Shown here in pieces: positions 23,608 to 34,941 of a DNA stretch of 34,941 bases. Numbering within the stretch: the stretch's first letter is position 1; every line of letters begins with the position of its first letter. The translations under genes and the position numbers were made by a program. Source of the stretch: Octopus bimaculoides (taxonomy: Eukaryota); the NCBI RefSeq assembly GCF_001194135.2, contig NC_068982.1:160190092-160225032 (forward strand), in the 5' to 3' direction. Under the pieces are notes generated by a model that was not told where the DNA came from, made no database searches, and saw nothing but the letters and a program-made list of their open reading frames with translations.

Positions 23608-26600
23608 TATATGTATNNNNNNNNNNNNNNNNNNNNNNNNNNNNNNNNNNNNNNNNNNNNNNNNNNNNNNNNNNNNNNNNNNNNNNNNNNNNNNNNNNNN
23701 NNNNNNNNNNNNNNNNNNNNNNNNNNNNNNNNNNNNNNNNNNNNNNNNNNNNNNNNNNNNNNNNNNNNNNNNNNNNNNNNNNNNNNNNNNNNNNNNNNNN
23801 NNNNNNNNNNNNNNNNNNNNNNNNNNNNNNNNNNNNNNNNNNNNNNNNNNNNNNNNNNNNNNNNNNNNNNNNNNNNNNNNNNNNNNNNNNNNNNNNNNNN
23901 NNNNNNNNNNNNNNNNNNNNNNNNNNNNNNNNNNNNNNNNNNNNNNNNNNNNNNNNNNNNNNNNNNNNNNNNNNNNNNNNNNNNNNNNNNNNNNNNNNNN
24001 NNNNNNNNNNNNNNNNNNNNNNNNNNNNNNNNNNNNNNNNNNNNNNNNNNNNNNNNNNNNNNNNNNNNNNNNNNNNNNNNNNNNNNNNNNNNNNNNNNNN
24101 NNNNNNNNNNNNNNNNNNNNNNNNNNNNNNNNNNNNNNNNNNNNNNNNNNNNNNNNNNNNNNNNNNNNNNNNNNNNNNNNNNNNNNNNNNNNNNNNNNNN
24201 NNNNNNNNNNNNNNNNNNNNNNNNNNNNNNNNNNNNNNNNNNNNNNNNNNTAACTGTAGTTATATGGTCTGGGTACCTCAGGCAGCTAGTGTTTTCTCTG
24301 TGTTCATGTTATGTGTCGAAAGAAAGCATCGATGTCGAACTCGTCAAATGTGATCAGCAGTCAGATGTAGCTGAAAGTGTATTCAAGCCAAAAGAAACTG
24401 GTCAGGCTGGCTAACAATAATCAACAGAACCATGCAACGATCATGTTTGTAAGAGTTATTCTGATTATAGACGAAAAGTTCATGTGATTGCTCATATTCC
24501 TAATGACATCAAAAATAAAATAACTAATTCTCATCAGCTAATGTAAAAATAATAAAATTCGCGGTTGCCAAACTAGACACACATGCACATTTGCATACAC
24601 ACATAGACATGCATACCTTTGGCTGCATTAACAACTGCAGGCAAAAAATATTAGATTTAAAAAATAGACGCACACAACGCTGTTACGTTGAGTTATATTA
24701 TATAATATGTGATTAGTTAAAAGCTACGCAACATGTTTCATGCACACCCATTGCGGATAATTTTAACGTATACATTACAATCAATCAGGTCAAATATAAT
24801 CATAACTAAGCATTCTCATAAACTTTTATACAGCGTTACATTTAAATATATATCATTATGACTACGTACATATGCATTGCACTAAATAGAGAAATAATCT
24901 TAAATACGTGCGTTCACAATAATACGGTATGTATTTATAACCACGCCTGTATTGTTTGCTATTATTTTGCATAACATTATTGTAAAATTGCTAATCCCAG
25001 ACTTTGAAACGCCTTTTCGAAATGTAAAGCTTAAGCTTAACCAAGCCAGACTTAATAATAACGGTTAAATTGTTATTGGCTTCAATTATCATTATATTGT
25101 TCATTGACACAGGAAAATATAACTAATTGCTTTGTGTCTGTAAATAATAACAAAACATGGAAAGAGTATTATTTAGAGTTTAAAATGCTCAAACGCATGA
25201 TTACCCAACACCCAGCACATGCAATATCAGAAACATATTTCTATACATGGCTCTATGCGTTTTCCTTATCACAAATTAAAATGAACGTTATGGAAATGTT
25301 TTCACATTCACGGTCATCTTTACTCCAATCAACATTTTTTTAGCGTAATTTAATTAAAAGAAACAAATGTTGAAGGCTTTTGACAGTGAGATCAATATCA
25401 CTGACAGATATTAATTATCATGCCTGTGTTGATTTCAGTTTCTAAAGTAATTATTGTAATCGAGAGATGGGTATGATATAATTATTTTGATACTCAGTGT
25501 CAGGTGCAAAGGAAAAGTGTTTAATTAGCTTTTTGCTTGAATTCTTAATATAATTAGAAATGCTGTTGGATCAATTTTAACTTATTAGTCCAAATACCGT
25601 AGGCTTTCATGCAATTTGCAGCGAATCATTAACTGTAAATATCAGGAGATTTATTTGACTTTAGTTGCGTGTTTATTCTCTCTTGAAATGTGGACTACTT
25701 GTTTGGCAGAAATATGTGAAAAGCTGATAGTTAATTGCTATAAATATGTTTTTAACATTGATACAGTGTCTGCAAGCAGCTTGATTATTCTATGGCGGAT
25801 AATCAAGGCTGTTAACCTAATGCCAAGTTTGAGAATTTATCAAGTTAAATTCAATGATTCTGGTCGTGTCCTAACAATTTAAGGGAAAATTGGATGCGAT
25901 GTATCTGACATGTTCCCAGTTGCTATAATGAACGAAATGGTAGTTAGAAGTATTACACTATACTTAAAATTTACATCTTATTACGTGGGCACTTTTCTAC
26001 AGAAATTAATTTTCATAGAGCTCATGGGAAAATATCTTCTTTTTATTTTCAATTAGTTGTAAGATTATAAATATTCTGCTTTCAAGTTGGAAACGCAATC
26101 TCATTTGTTGTCAGTTTATTAGGATACACATTCAACCGGAAAGTAAAATAGGTTTAATTTAATAATATGAGACTGTTTAAGCATCAGTTTGAGACAAAAT
26201 GCAAACATATTCCACTAATGGAATTGGAGCCAAGTATATATCTATTACTATGATACTACGTCACCTAATATACTATAGAACATTTGTTATTTTTTCAATT
26301 GAACGCCATAAATGTTTTTGCGATTCTAACCATACTAATTTTATTTCAACAATATTTTTATTCCATCAAATAAAACTAGCAGAATAGGTCAGTCCACTAA
26401 CGACTAAAAAGAGTATGGTTTCTTATTATGGCACCATGTTTCCAATAAGACATAACCTCGTATATCGAATAAAGTTACCGAAGCATCGAATTTTATGAAT
26501 TAGAAAGGCATTTTACAGTGCGATTGGCAGTGCAATTTCTTTCTGTCTCATGTTGGTGTTTATAGTCTTGATTAGATGGTAACTCTGAATAATATTTGCT

Positions 26601-26789
26601 TCTCAGTTACATCATAACAAAGTTAGCTTTCAAATATAATTCAGATATTTGCTGGCCCTTCCATATCCTCCTTCAACTACACGGGCTCTGAATGCATAAA
26701 TGAGAAACTGTTTAAAAGTAGAAAAACAAAATGTGTATGGATATCTCCATTACTAAGTGCAATTAGAAGCAGTCCACATATACGCGTGT

Positions 26790-26834
<45 letters not shown>

Positions 26835-27424
26835 NNNNNNNNNNNNNNNNNNNNNNNNNNNNNNNNNNNNNNNNNNNNNNNNNNNNNNNNNNNNNNNNNN
26901 NNNNNNNNNNNNNNNNNNNNNNNNNNNNNNNNNNNNNNNNNNNNNNNNNNNNNNNNNNNNNNNNNNNNNNNNNNNNNNNNNNNNNNNNNNNNNNNNNNNN
27001 NNNNNNNNNNNNNNNNNNNNNNNNNNNNNNNNNNNNNNNNNNNNNNNNNNNNNNNNNNNNNNNNNNNNNNNNNNNNNNNNNNNNNNNNNNNNNNNNNNNN
27101 NNNNNNNNNNNNNNNNNNNNNNNNNNNNNNNNNNNNNNNNNNNNNNNNNNNNNNNNNNNAAAGGAATTCTGTATCTACCGCGAATTACTATATATAAGTT
27201 TTACTTACTTTCTTTTCTTGAGAAATATTTTATTTGCATTGAAGAAAACATTCTTGGCTCTCTTAATATATTTAACAGAGTAATAACTCCAATTACTATA
27301 TTCGAGTGACTTAAGTAATTGAAAATATTGTTATTTAAATTTTAAATGATTTCAGCACCTGTTCTCTATAGTGTATTAGAAGCTCATGATTGCAATTTTG
27401 TGCATATGAATTGTTAAGCACGCC

Positions 27425-27540
27425 TACACACGCGCGCACACACACGCACACACACACACACACACATACACACACACACACACACATGCACTTCCCCACA
27501 CGCACAAACACGCGCATACACAAGTATATATATATATATT
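27425..27540. repeat. (CA)n-rich microsatellite
   Basis: Directly visible. Confidence 0.9.
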
Positions 27541-28090
27541 TGTAATTATGTATGTATTAAAAATTTAACTTTTATCTTGAAGCTAGTAAAGATTTATGTG
27601 TATATATGAGATGCTGTGATGTATTCCATTATCATATTTTGTGTTTCATTATTTTCTGTTGATAGGAAATGCATTGCAAATGAGAACCTGTGAATAGTAA
27701 TAATTTTCTCAGTTAGTGAGTCTACTAAAGACAAATGAAATATGTTCCCTCTGGGGCATTTTGAATAAATGCCAGTACAATAATTTTCACTCATTCTGGA
27801 CTGGACCCAGAATTTCACCAAACCTTATATATTTCCAGAATATATTTTGAATATATTTATATGGTGTTGTGTTTATCGGGCAGTTATAAACTCAGTTTCT
27901 GCCTATCTAGGAACACTGTGTAACACTAGAGTTTTAAAAGCCTATCTGATTTCCAATAATAAAACCAGTTAGTTTACTTCGCAGGTGGCAAAGGCCTTTT
28001 TAGCAATATTACATTGCAATTTCAAATATGACGAAGCACAGTGTGGGGTAATGGCTGTGGAATTAGCATTATCCACAATGCAATGACACT

Positions 28091-28177
28091 ACTACTACTA
28101 CTAATAATAATAATAATAATAATAATCATGATGATGATGATGATGATAATGATGATGATGATGATGATGATTATGAT

Positions 28178-28227
<50 letters not shown>

Positions 28228-28292
28228 TGATGATGATGATGATGATGCTGAAGATGCTGATGATGATGGTGAGGATGATGATGATAATAAAT
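28091..28292. repeat. Compound (CTA)/(ATA)n/(ATG)n trinucleotide microsatellite
   Basis: Alternating ATA and ATG blocks. Source of the spurious poly-I/poly-M ORF 28041-28310. Confidence 0.95.
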
Positions 28293-29195
28293 AAAAACGA
28301 TAAAAGGTGAAAAATATACTCAGCTTGATCTACAGACGTCCAATGCTATAACTAGAAAAAGAATGTGCTGTCTTTGATGTGTTTCGTGACAAATATAAAG
28401 TATGTTATACTGGAGTCACTTGATGCTAGTGTAATGTACTTTTAGAGACAATATTTAGATATAAAAAAAGAAAGAAAATACTTTTAATAATTCAAAGTAA
28501 CAAGCTGCGTGAGTAGAAATTATGAGGTTTTATGAATTACTTACAAATCAGATGGTATATGATAGAAGATCTCTGGTGAATGGAAGATTAACATGAAAGC
28601 ATATTTTTCTGACATGATATGACTTTAGCCTCGTCTCAGTTTCGTAAAATATTGAATTTCTATCTGAGTGTATTTCATTTTCGTCCTAAACATAATAGAT
28701 AAGTTAGTATATGTACTTTATTTATTGAGCAAAGTGTTTCGTTATATTTAAAAGTATTTTATAAATAAAAGTGGACATATGCAAGATAATTCGAAATGTA
28801 GACCAGATAAGTGCTCAGAATATATGATTTGTGCACAGAAACTTCAAATCAGAAGTTCTTAAAAATTTGCTCGTTTTCCACTCACTGAAATTTTACCTTA
28901 ATTTTAGTTAAAAACTAGCAGTAATACTCTTCGTTAATCGGAGTAATTACTTTTACTCTTTCTCGGGAGCCATATTCAAAGTATCATTGTGTATATAGAT
29001 TTACTCCTCCTGTATGTCTGTATTTTATAAGAACAAAAAATGAAGTAGAAAAAAGATTAATTTTATACACGAACTTCTGTTTGTTTATTATATGGTAATA
29101 ATAAGTGAGTTGTATGTGTTATTTTATATATCAATCCAAAAATGGCAATCATATAATACACTAGGCTTTGGTCAGTACGGAGCTGTAATGAAAGA

Positions 29196-29270
29196 GAATG
29201 GCCCAATGTAGAACTGAACCCAAGGTGACATGGTTGGAAAGCAAGCTTCTCAACCACACGGCCACGCCTA
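29196..29270 (-). mobile_element. Isolated 5' tRNA-like head of an OK-type SINE
   Basis: The reverse complement GGCGTGGCCGTGTGGTTGAGAAGCTTGCTTTCCAACCATGTCACCTTGGGTTCAGTTCTAC aligns to the head of the 14976 copy. Confidence 0.7.
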
Positions 29271-29406
29271 TAAGTGAGAGTTGCATTTTGGATAATATAC
29301 TCCTTGATACAGTATGCTTAACAAAAAGATGGAATGTTTGCGGCGAGAAAACTTTTGATTTTATTATTTACTCGGGCAACGCAACAACTAATAACACTAC
29401 ACCATA

Positions 29407-29824
29407 CAGGGGTTCCAGAATTAACTATCTGTTTCAATGAAATTGAGCAAATAAAAAAAAAATGACAGAATTTTATGTTTATTACCAAAACAGATTTATA
29501 AATCTTATGTCAAACCTTTATTGAAAATTTTCAACGTCTGTATCCCTGCATGCATCACATCTCTCCTTAGCGTTGTGAAGCACATTTTCAAGCATTTCAG
29601 GAGTTATCTCCTGCATAGCTAACAGAACGTGCTCTTTAAGCTCAGCTAAACGATTCCTTCATCTTGGGGATGGAGGTAAAGAAAACGATTGCTGCCAAAT
29701 TGAAAAAAAAAACGTGGACATATAAGATGGGTCCAGCAGGAATGAANNNNNNNNNNAAATAAAAGTGAGTTTTAAAAAATGCATCGGATTTCACTCAAAT
29801 CATCATTATTTCTCGGACACCCAG
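29407..29824 (-). mobile_element. Internally deleted Tc1/mariner-superfamily element (Tc3/DD37-like) with a transposase C-terminal fragment
   Basis: The minus frame 29745-29518 reads ...TFFFSIWQQSFSLPPSPR*RNRLAELKEHVLLAMQEITPEMLENVLHNAKERCDACRDTDVENFQ*, matching DFFLWG...PPLP...LxELKxxIxxAxxxITPEMLxNV...RxxxC. Imperfect TIRs are TA|CAGGGGTTCCAGAA (29405) and, on the reverse strand, TA|CTGGGTGTCCGAGAA (29826). A 10-N gap lies inside at 29747-29756. Confidence 0.8.
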
Positions 29825-30362
29825 TATTTATTCGTCCGACTAAACGGGGGGGGGGACACAGGAGAGGACAAAATTCAGGTGGCGAGCGTAGCTTCCAGAA
29901 GTGATCACGCGGTCAAACTCAAATGGCTGTGAGTTTGTTTTTTGTTTTTTTTTTTCTATGAACATTTTGCATTATATATTTCAGACATGGATGATATAGA
30001 AAGCAGATTTGCTGCCGGGCATGCTGCATTGCGCAGGATTGGAAATGTAAAAGGGCAACGACTTAGGCAGCCCCTATAAGCTTTAACCGGCACCCACCAA
30101 GAATAAATCCAATACAGAGGAATGCTCTATTTTCCCTATCGAGTATTTAGCGATTGTTTCCCCTGTGAATCATGTAGCAGATATCTACGTTTGTAAATAC
30201 ACATATCTACTATTATCATTATCTTATGATATTTACTTTATATTATATTATACTTATTTATTGTGCTTTTACTTATTAATTTTTCTATATGTGACTGTGT
30301 ATTTTCATCGATGAGTTCATGAGCCTTGGTTCTTTTCGCTCTCTCTCTCTCTCTCTCTCTGC

Positions 30363-30393
<31 letters not shown>

Positions 30394-31329
30394 NNNNNNN
30401 NNNNNNNNNNNNNNNNNNNNNNNNNNNNNNNNNNNNNNNNNNNNNNNNNNNNNNNNNNNNNNNNNNNNNNNNNNNNNNNNNNNNNNNNNNNNNNNNNNNN
30501 NNNNNNNNNNNNNNNNNNNNNNNNNNNNNNNNNNNNNNNNNNNNNNNNNNNNNNNNNNNNNNNNNNNNNNNNNNNNNNNNNNNNNNNNNNNNNNNNNNNN
30601 NNNNNNNNNNNNNNNNNNNNNNNNNNNNNNNNNNNNNNNNNNNNNNNNNNNNNNNNNNNNNNNNNNNNNNNNNNNNNNNNNNNNNNNNNNNNNNNNNNNN
30701 NNNNNNNNNNNNNNTATATATATACATATATATATATATATATGTATAGACATATATGTCTGTGGATGCATGTATTATGTTAAGACACGTTCACTCTGTT
30801 CTACTATCAATATTTACATAATTTCAAATTACTGAGGTAGAAATGGCATATCTAAGATATTCAGCTCCTTAAACGAGCAGTTCTTGCTTAGTGCTTGTGA
30901 AAAATGTGTGTGCCTGCTTTAATATCTCTATTAGATTTAGAAACAATTTTTTTTCTATCAATAATTGATAGTCACATGCTCATTTTATTGTAGTTATATG
31001 AGAGATCTTTTGTTGGGCTGTAGATTTGAATTTCCCCATTTTTAACTATGCTGTAGTCTTGCACAGTATCACGTTCTCTGAATAAGTGACCATACAAATG
31101 GAAAATAATGTTAATTACATACGAAAGTTAATTTCAACTCAATTGCTTCTAGAGCCAAACTAATTGGTTTAAGGCATTTTCCTAGCTAATTGGCAATAGC
31201 TGGGAAATTTCCTATATGTACACACTATGCTAATTTACTTAGCACTCCAGTTACTGAAAACAATCAACCGAAATATAACTATGCATCTATACTTCGTTCA
31301 GTTCACAAGTTCCTTTGCCTATGAAAGCT

Positions 31330-32260
31330 GCAGTTGACACTTTTGGTTCCTCACTAAAGAATTTCTACCACATTTACCGAAATTCTCTTTTTCCCTCTTT
31401 GTAAACGTGATGGTTTTGCAAACCGTGTACATGTGGCGGAAACCTCCCTACTTGATATCCGCTTTGCATCCATCTTGCTCCAAATCCATCACTCTAGATC
31501 GCCTCAATATTCCCATTTTCGGAAACACACAGTATAGTACCCCACTCCTAGTAAGGCAATTTTTCTAATCCAGTCAAAACATATAGGTATAGATCTCATT
31601 CAACAATTCCATGGTTATAGAAATCACGTTCTTGAATGATAGCTAGTCAGTTTTCAATAACATCAAATTTAATAGACCACTACAGTACAATTTTGTTCAG
31701 AAATGGGCCCTCGCTTTCAGGAAACTTGGTTAGAGTTATTGTACTTCGTAGCAGTAACATACATATTCTATTGTATCTACTAGTTCTCATTTATCTCATC
31801 GAATGTTCGTGTCGGATCACACGATCGTAGCACCTACAAATGAAACATTATTTGACTCAATTTATAAATTTTGCACCCCAAGCATAAATTTTTGTCCAGT
31901 ACTCTTCCATTTACATATGTCAACGATTTCCTGGTAGCCCCTTATAACACCCACTTCCATACACGTAGAAAAATCCCAATCCCATGATCTACGCGTAATC
32001 TAACCACTTTTCACCAAACCGTGAACAGTTATCTCCAAATCGTTCTCCAGAACTGTCCCGTCAATATTGTCAACCTCAGCATTATAATCACAACAGATGT
32101 CACGCGATACATTTCTCCCTAAATATGCACAATTAGTAACTAGAGCCCTTTCTAACAATTATTGGCATCATTTGGTCTGCTAATTGCTTGTATTTTTCCT
32201 GGCAAATGCTTCTCAAAATCAGAAAAACGGTATAAATCTAGCAGTATAAATTTTTCAGAG
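31330..32260 (-). mobile_element. Possible very old L1/Tx1-like LINE fragment
   Basis: Compositionally distinct stretch that is G-rich on the minus strand, with faint motifs in roughly plausible order (IFREK, WLDY, EYWTK, FTRSGV). There are many stops and no long ORF. Confidence 0.22.
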
Positions 32261-32739
32261 TAAGAAATATTTCGTATTCCCCAAGTTATTAATATTCTAG
32301 AAGGTCCACAATGAATATCTGCTATTACATATAAGGGGAAATACTACTACGCACACATGCATCGTATTCAACATCCAAAAATCTACATCGTAAGTATTAG
32401 CATTAAGTCTAACGTCAATCAACATCAATTTCTCATCAACAGACACACTGTCCTTTCCACTGGTATCATTTCCTTAGTGCAGGCTACTGTGTTCCCCATC
32501 CACTGAAGTACTTGCGATTAATACGCCTTCCCTCTCACTCATACTGTGCCCACCACACCCAACAACATCACTAAACAATTTTGTTCTTTGAAGAGAGCAG
32601 AAATTGAAAGAGAAGAGAAAGTGAAAGCTGCATGTACGTGCATAAGATATGAACGTGCGCGTGTGCATGAAAGAGAGTGTGTGAGTGAGTGAAGGTGTGT
32701 GTTGTCATGTATGTACTTTTTGTATGTGTAAGTGGCTCT

Positions 32740-32845
32740 CCCTCTCTCTCTCTCTCTCTCTTTATCATACACACACACCGTGCAAACTCTGTTATATATA
32801 TATATATATATATATACATATATATAAAGATATATATATATATCC
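32740..32845. repeat. (CT)n, (CA)n and (TA)n microsatellites
   Basis: Directly visible. Confidence 0.9.
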
Positions 32846-32999
32846 ACGAATGACCCGTCTTTTTTGGCCTGTCCTAATTGTTGTTTCTCTTGTCCGCCTT
32901 TGTATAATCTATATGTCTGGATGTGTTTGATGTCCTCTATTACGTTTTTGTTCCAGTTATATATATATATATATATAGTGTAGTTGTCTACGCCTTATG

Positions 33000-33690
33000 C
33001 AGTGTCTGACCACCTCTTATACTTACACCTCAGATCCATCATGGCATCTGATGTGGCTTTTTAACCAGACAGTGTATTGAACAGATACTTACATACATTT
33101 CATATTTGATTTAGACCACCAAGAACTACAAAGTTCTGCTCTTTGTGGGTTTTAAACTCTCTTTTGAGGCCTCTGCTAGATTTGCAGACCTTATAGCATA
33201 CACAGCATTGAAAGGTGTGCAAGGACACAGTTGCTTGTGATGGTTCGTTTTTCATAAGTCTGCAAATGCATGGTCTTTCACAAACATACAAAATGGTCGC
33301 TGAGATTCACCTTCACGTTTATCGCATTATCCTTCTTTAAATCTATCTTGGGTCTTGCATGTATCATCCTCGCCTCCTCAAATGCTTTCACTCCACTCCA
33401 CAGTTTTGTTAGGCATCCAGCTCGATCAGAAGCAACAGTTTCTATAGCTTTTGGCTCCATTTCAAGAGACTTCATGGTAGTTCTTATGCTGTCATGAAGC
33501 CTCTTTTTAAGTTTGCCCTCCTCTGCAAGTTCGCCATAAAACAGGTATTTGAGTATGCATCCGTCCGCCGCTCGAACAATATGGCCAGACCATCTCATAC
33601 GCGTACGGGGCAACCTACTTTTTTTAGACGAGGGCTTACATGCCCCATTATTAGACTATTTTCTTTTGTCAATGCATAGTCATCGCTTCT
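33000..33690 (-). mobile_element. RTE-clade LINE remnant: ORF2 C-terminal region plus C2H2-like tail, 5'-truncated and frameshifted
   Basis: Minus ORF 33278-33613 reads MRWSGHIVRAADGCILKYLFYGELAEEGKLKKRLHDSIRTTMKSLEMEPKAIETVASDR, matching the RTE ORF2 signature LRWxGHVxRMxDxRIPKxLLYGEL...DR. Downstream, ORF 33100-33291 has FQCCVCYKVCKSSRGLKREFKTH, a decayed CxxC...GL..H zinc finger. Outer boundaries are approximate. Confidence 0.9.
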
Positions 33691-33764
33691 AAGCTATAAG
33701 CTTAAATATACTATGATTATTATTTATTGAATTGCAAAAATCGACGCTGCTTCTCAAAAACCAT

Positions 33765-33767
<3 letters not shown>

Positions 33768-33828
<61 letters not shown>

Positions 33829-33870
33829 CAAATACATACATATATACTCACACGCACGCACACACAAACA
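33768..33870. repeat. Long (TA)n plus (CA)n microsatellite
   Basis: Directly visible. Confidence 0.95.
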
Positions 33871-34669
33871 CATAAAATGCTATATATTGGGTTTGCAAAC
33901 TTCATTCATATTTCTAACAATGTAGGAAATATTTGGTTAATTTTAATCAAATATTCAGAATATTTGAAAGCGAATGAAATTCCTTTGTAATATCTGTTTA
34001 AGATTTCAACAAAGATTATTTTACTAACTCTAATAAGCACACACGTGCACAAACACATCCAAAACACACATATGTACAAATTAGTAAAGAATTCTATACT
34101 GAAATATTCCACAAACCTTTATAAAGCCATTTTATTTGATTACATAAAACTAAAATTTGATTAAAAATTCATCTGATAGTTCCTCCAGTTAAATAAACAT
34201 GTGCAATGCAAAACTATTGTTGGCTTCTGATTATATAAACTTATTTTTGGTTTAAGCAATTATTAGTTTTGCAAAGGTTTGCAATAATTATGCTTACTGC
34301 AGTCACCACCTATCTGCGTAGTAGGGCATGGTGTATTCGTAAAGTGATTTATAGTATTGCACACTGATTTCTGTGTAGTAAGGTTTCAATGGTTAGGGAC
34401 GCAAAAAGCATATGTTGTGTAGGAGTTGTCAACTGAACATGACAATGCCTGTATAAAATAGGCTGGCTCGTAGAAACGTAGCACACACTCCCACTCGCAC
34501 ATGCACAAGCAGATATATACACACATGTATTTGATATTTTGTCGCTTGCAGAAACGATTATGCGGAGAAACTCAAAAGTAATACCAAGTTATCTATGATT
34601 TCAGCCGATTATATTGCACTCTATACGTCTGCTGATTAGTACTATCCTTTTGGTTGTAACCTGTTTGTC

Positions 34670-34671
34670 CA

Positions 34672-34711
<40 letters not shown>

Positions 34712-34712
34712 A
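34670..34712. repeat. (ATCT)n tetranucleotide microsatellite
   Basis: Directly visible. Confidence 0.95.
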
Positions 34713-34941
34713 TCATGGACGGACGGTAGACACATCGGCTCCCATGTAAGTTGCATTTTTCACCTCTTAAAAGACCTATTTTGTTTTAAAATTTTGTATA
34801 AGTTGTGTATAACACAAAATACTTCGTGAACATATATTTTTCAAATCGGAAATAGCTCTATTTAGAGCCTTATTTCCAAAAATTCAAACATATCTTCCTC
34901 GTTCCTAGCAATATTCTGTAAAACGAATATGGCTAAGGTTT

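Larger units (their letters stand above)
740..30714. other. Twelve assembly gaps (N-runs)
   Basis: 740-1377, 4209-4542, 8772-8781, 11722-11731, 15708-15963, 18514-18890, 19970-20003, 21960-22040, 23617-24250, 26835-27159, 29747-29756 and 30394-30714. Most are flanked by (TA)n, (CA)n or (TG)n tracts. Confidence 0.98.

Noticed and set aside
673-30835. Long ORF-track entries containing X runs (e.g. 673-1413, 23536-24414, 26757-27309, 30238-30835)
   Set aside because: They are open only because N-runs contain no stop codons.
33270-33679. + strand ORFs 33270-33497 and 33494-33679
   Set aside because: They are antisense shadows of the RTE LINE fragment.
7205-33990. ORFs with HTHT, CVCV, YIYI, poly-I, poly-L or poly-M peptides
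   Set aside because: These are translations of (CA)n, (TG)n, (TA)n, (ATT)n and (ATG)n microsatellites.

Overview
AT-rich, intron-like or intergenic animal genomic DNA from a gapped draft assembly, with 12 N-runs that mostly abut microsatellites. The repeat families, recalled from memory and not database-checked, point to an octopod cephalopod such as Octopus: OK-type tRNA-derived SINEs with an internal (TA)n(TG)n tract, Deu/Nin-domain SINEs, and dense (CA)n/(TA)n/(ATT)n/(ATG)n tracts. No intact, identifiable protein-coding gene is present. Most ORF-track entries are artefacts of N-runs or microsatellites. The only protein sequences I recognise are decayed transposon pieces: an RTE-clade LINE 3' end, a Penelope-like GIY-YIG endonuclease region, two internally deleted Tc1/mariner elements, and possibly a very old L1/Tx1 fragment. 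The window opens on a strong + strand splice donor (G|GTAAGA) and ends just after a plausible + strand acceptor, so it may be largely intronic. Several small + strand exon candidates exist but cannot be confirmed. The best second-look items are two degenerate hammerhead-ribozyme-like motifs, two SINE fold-back hairpins, an inverted SINE pair able to form dsRNA, a 19-bp tandem repeat carrying STAT/HSF-type motifs, and an 18-nt microexon candidate. I found no convincing novel multi-gene system.
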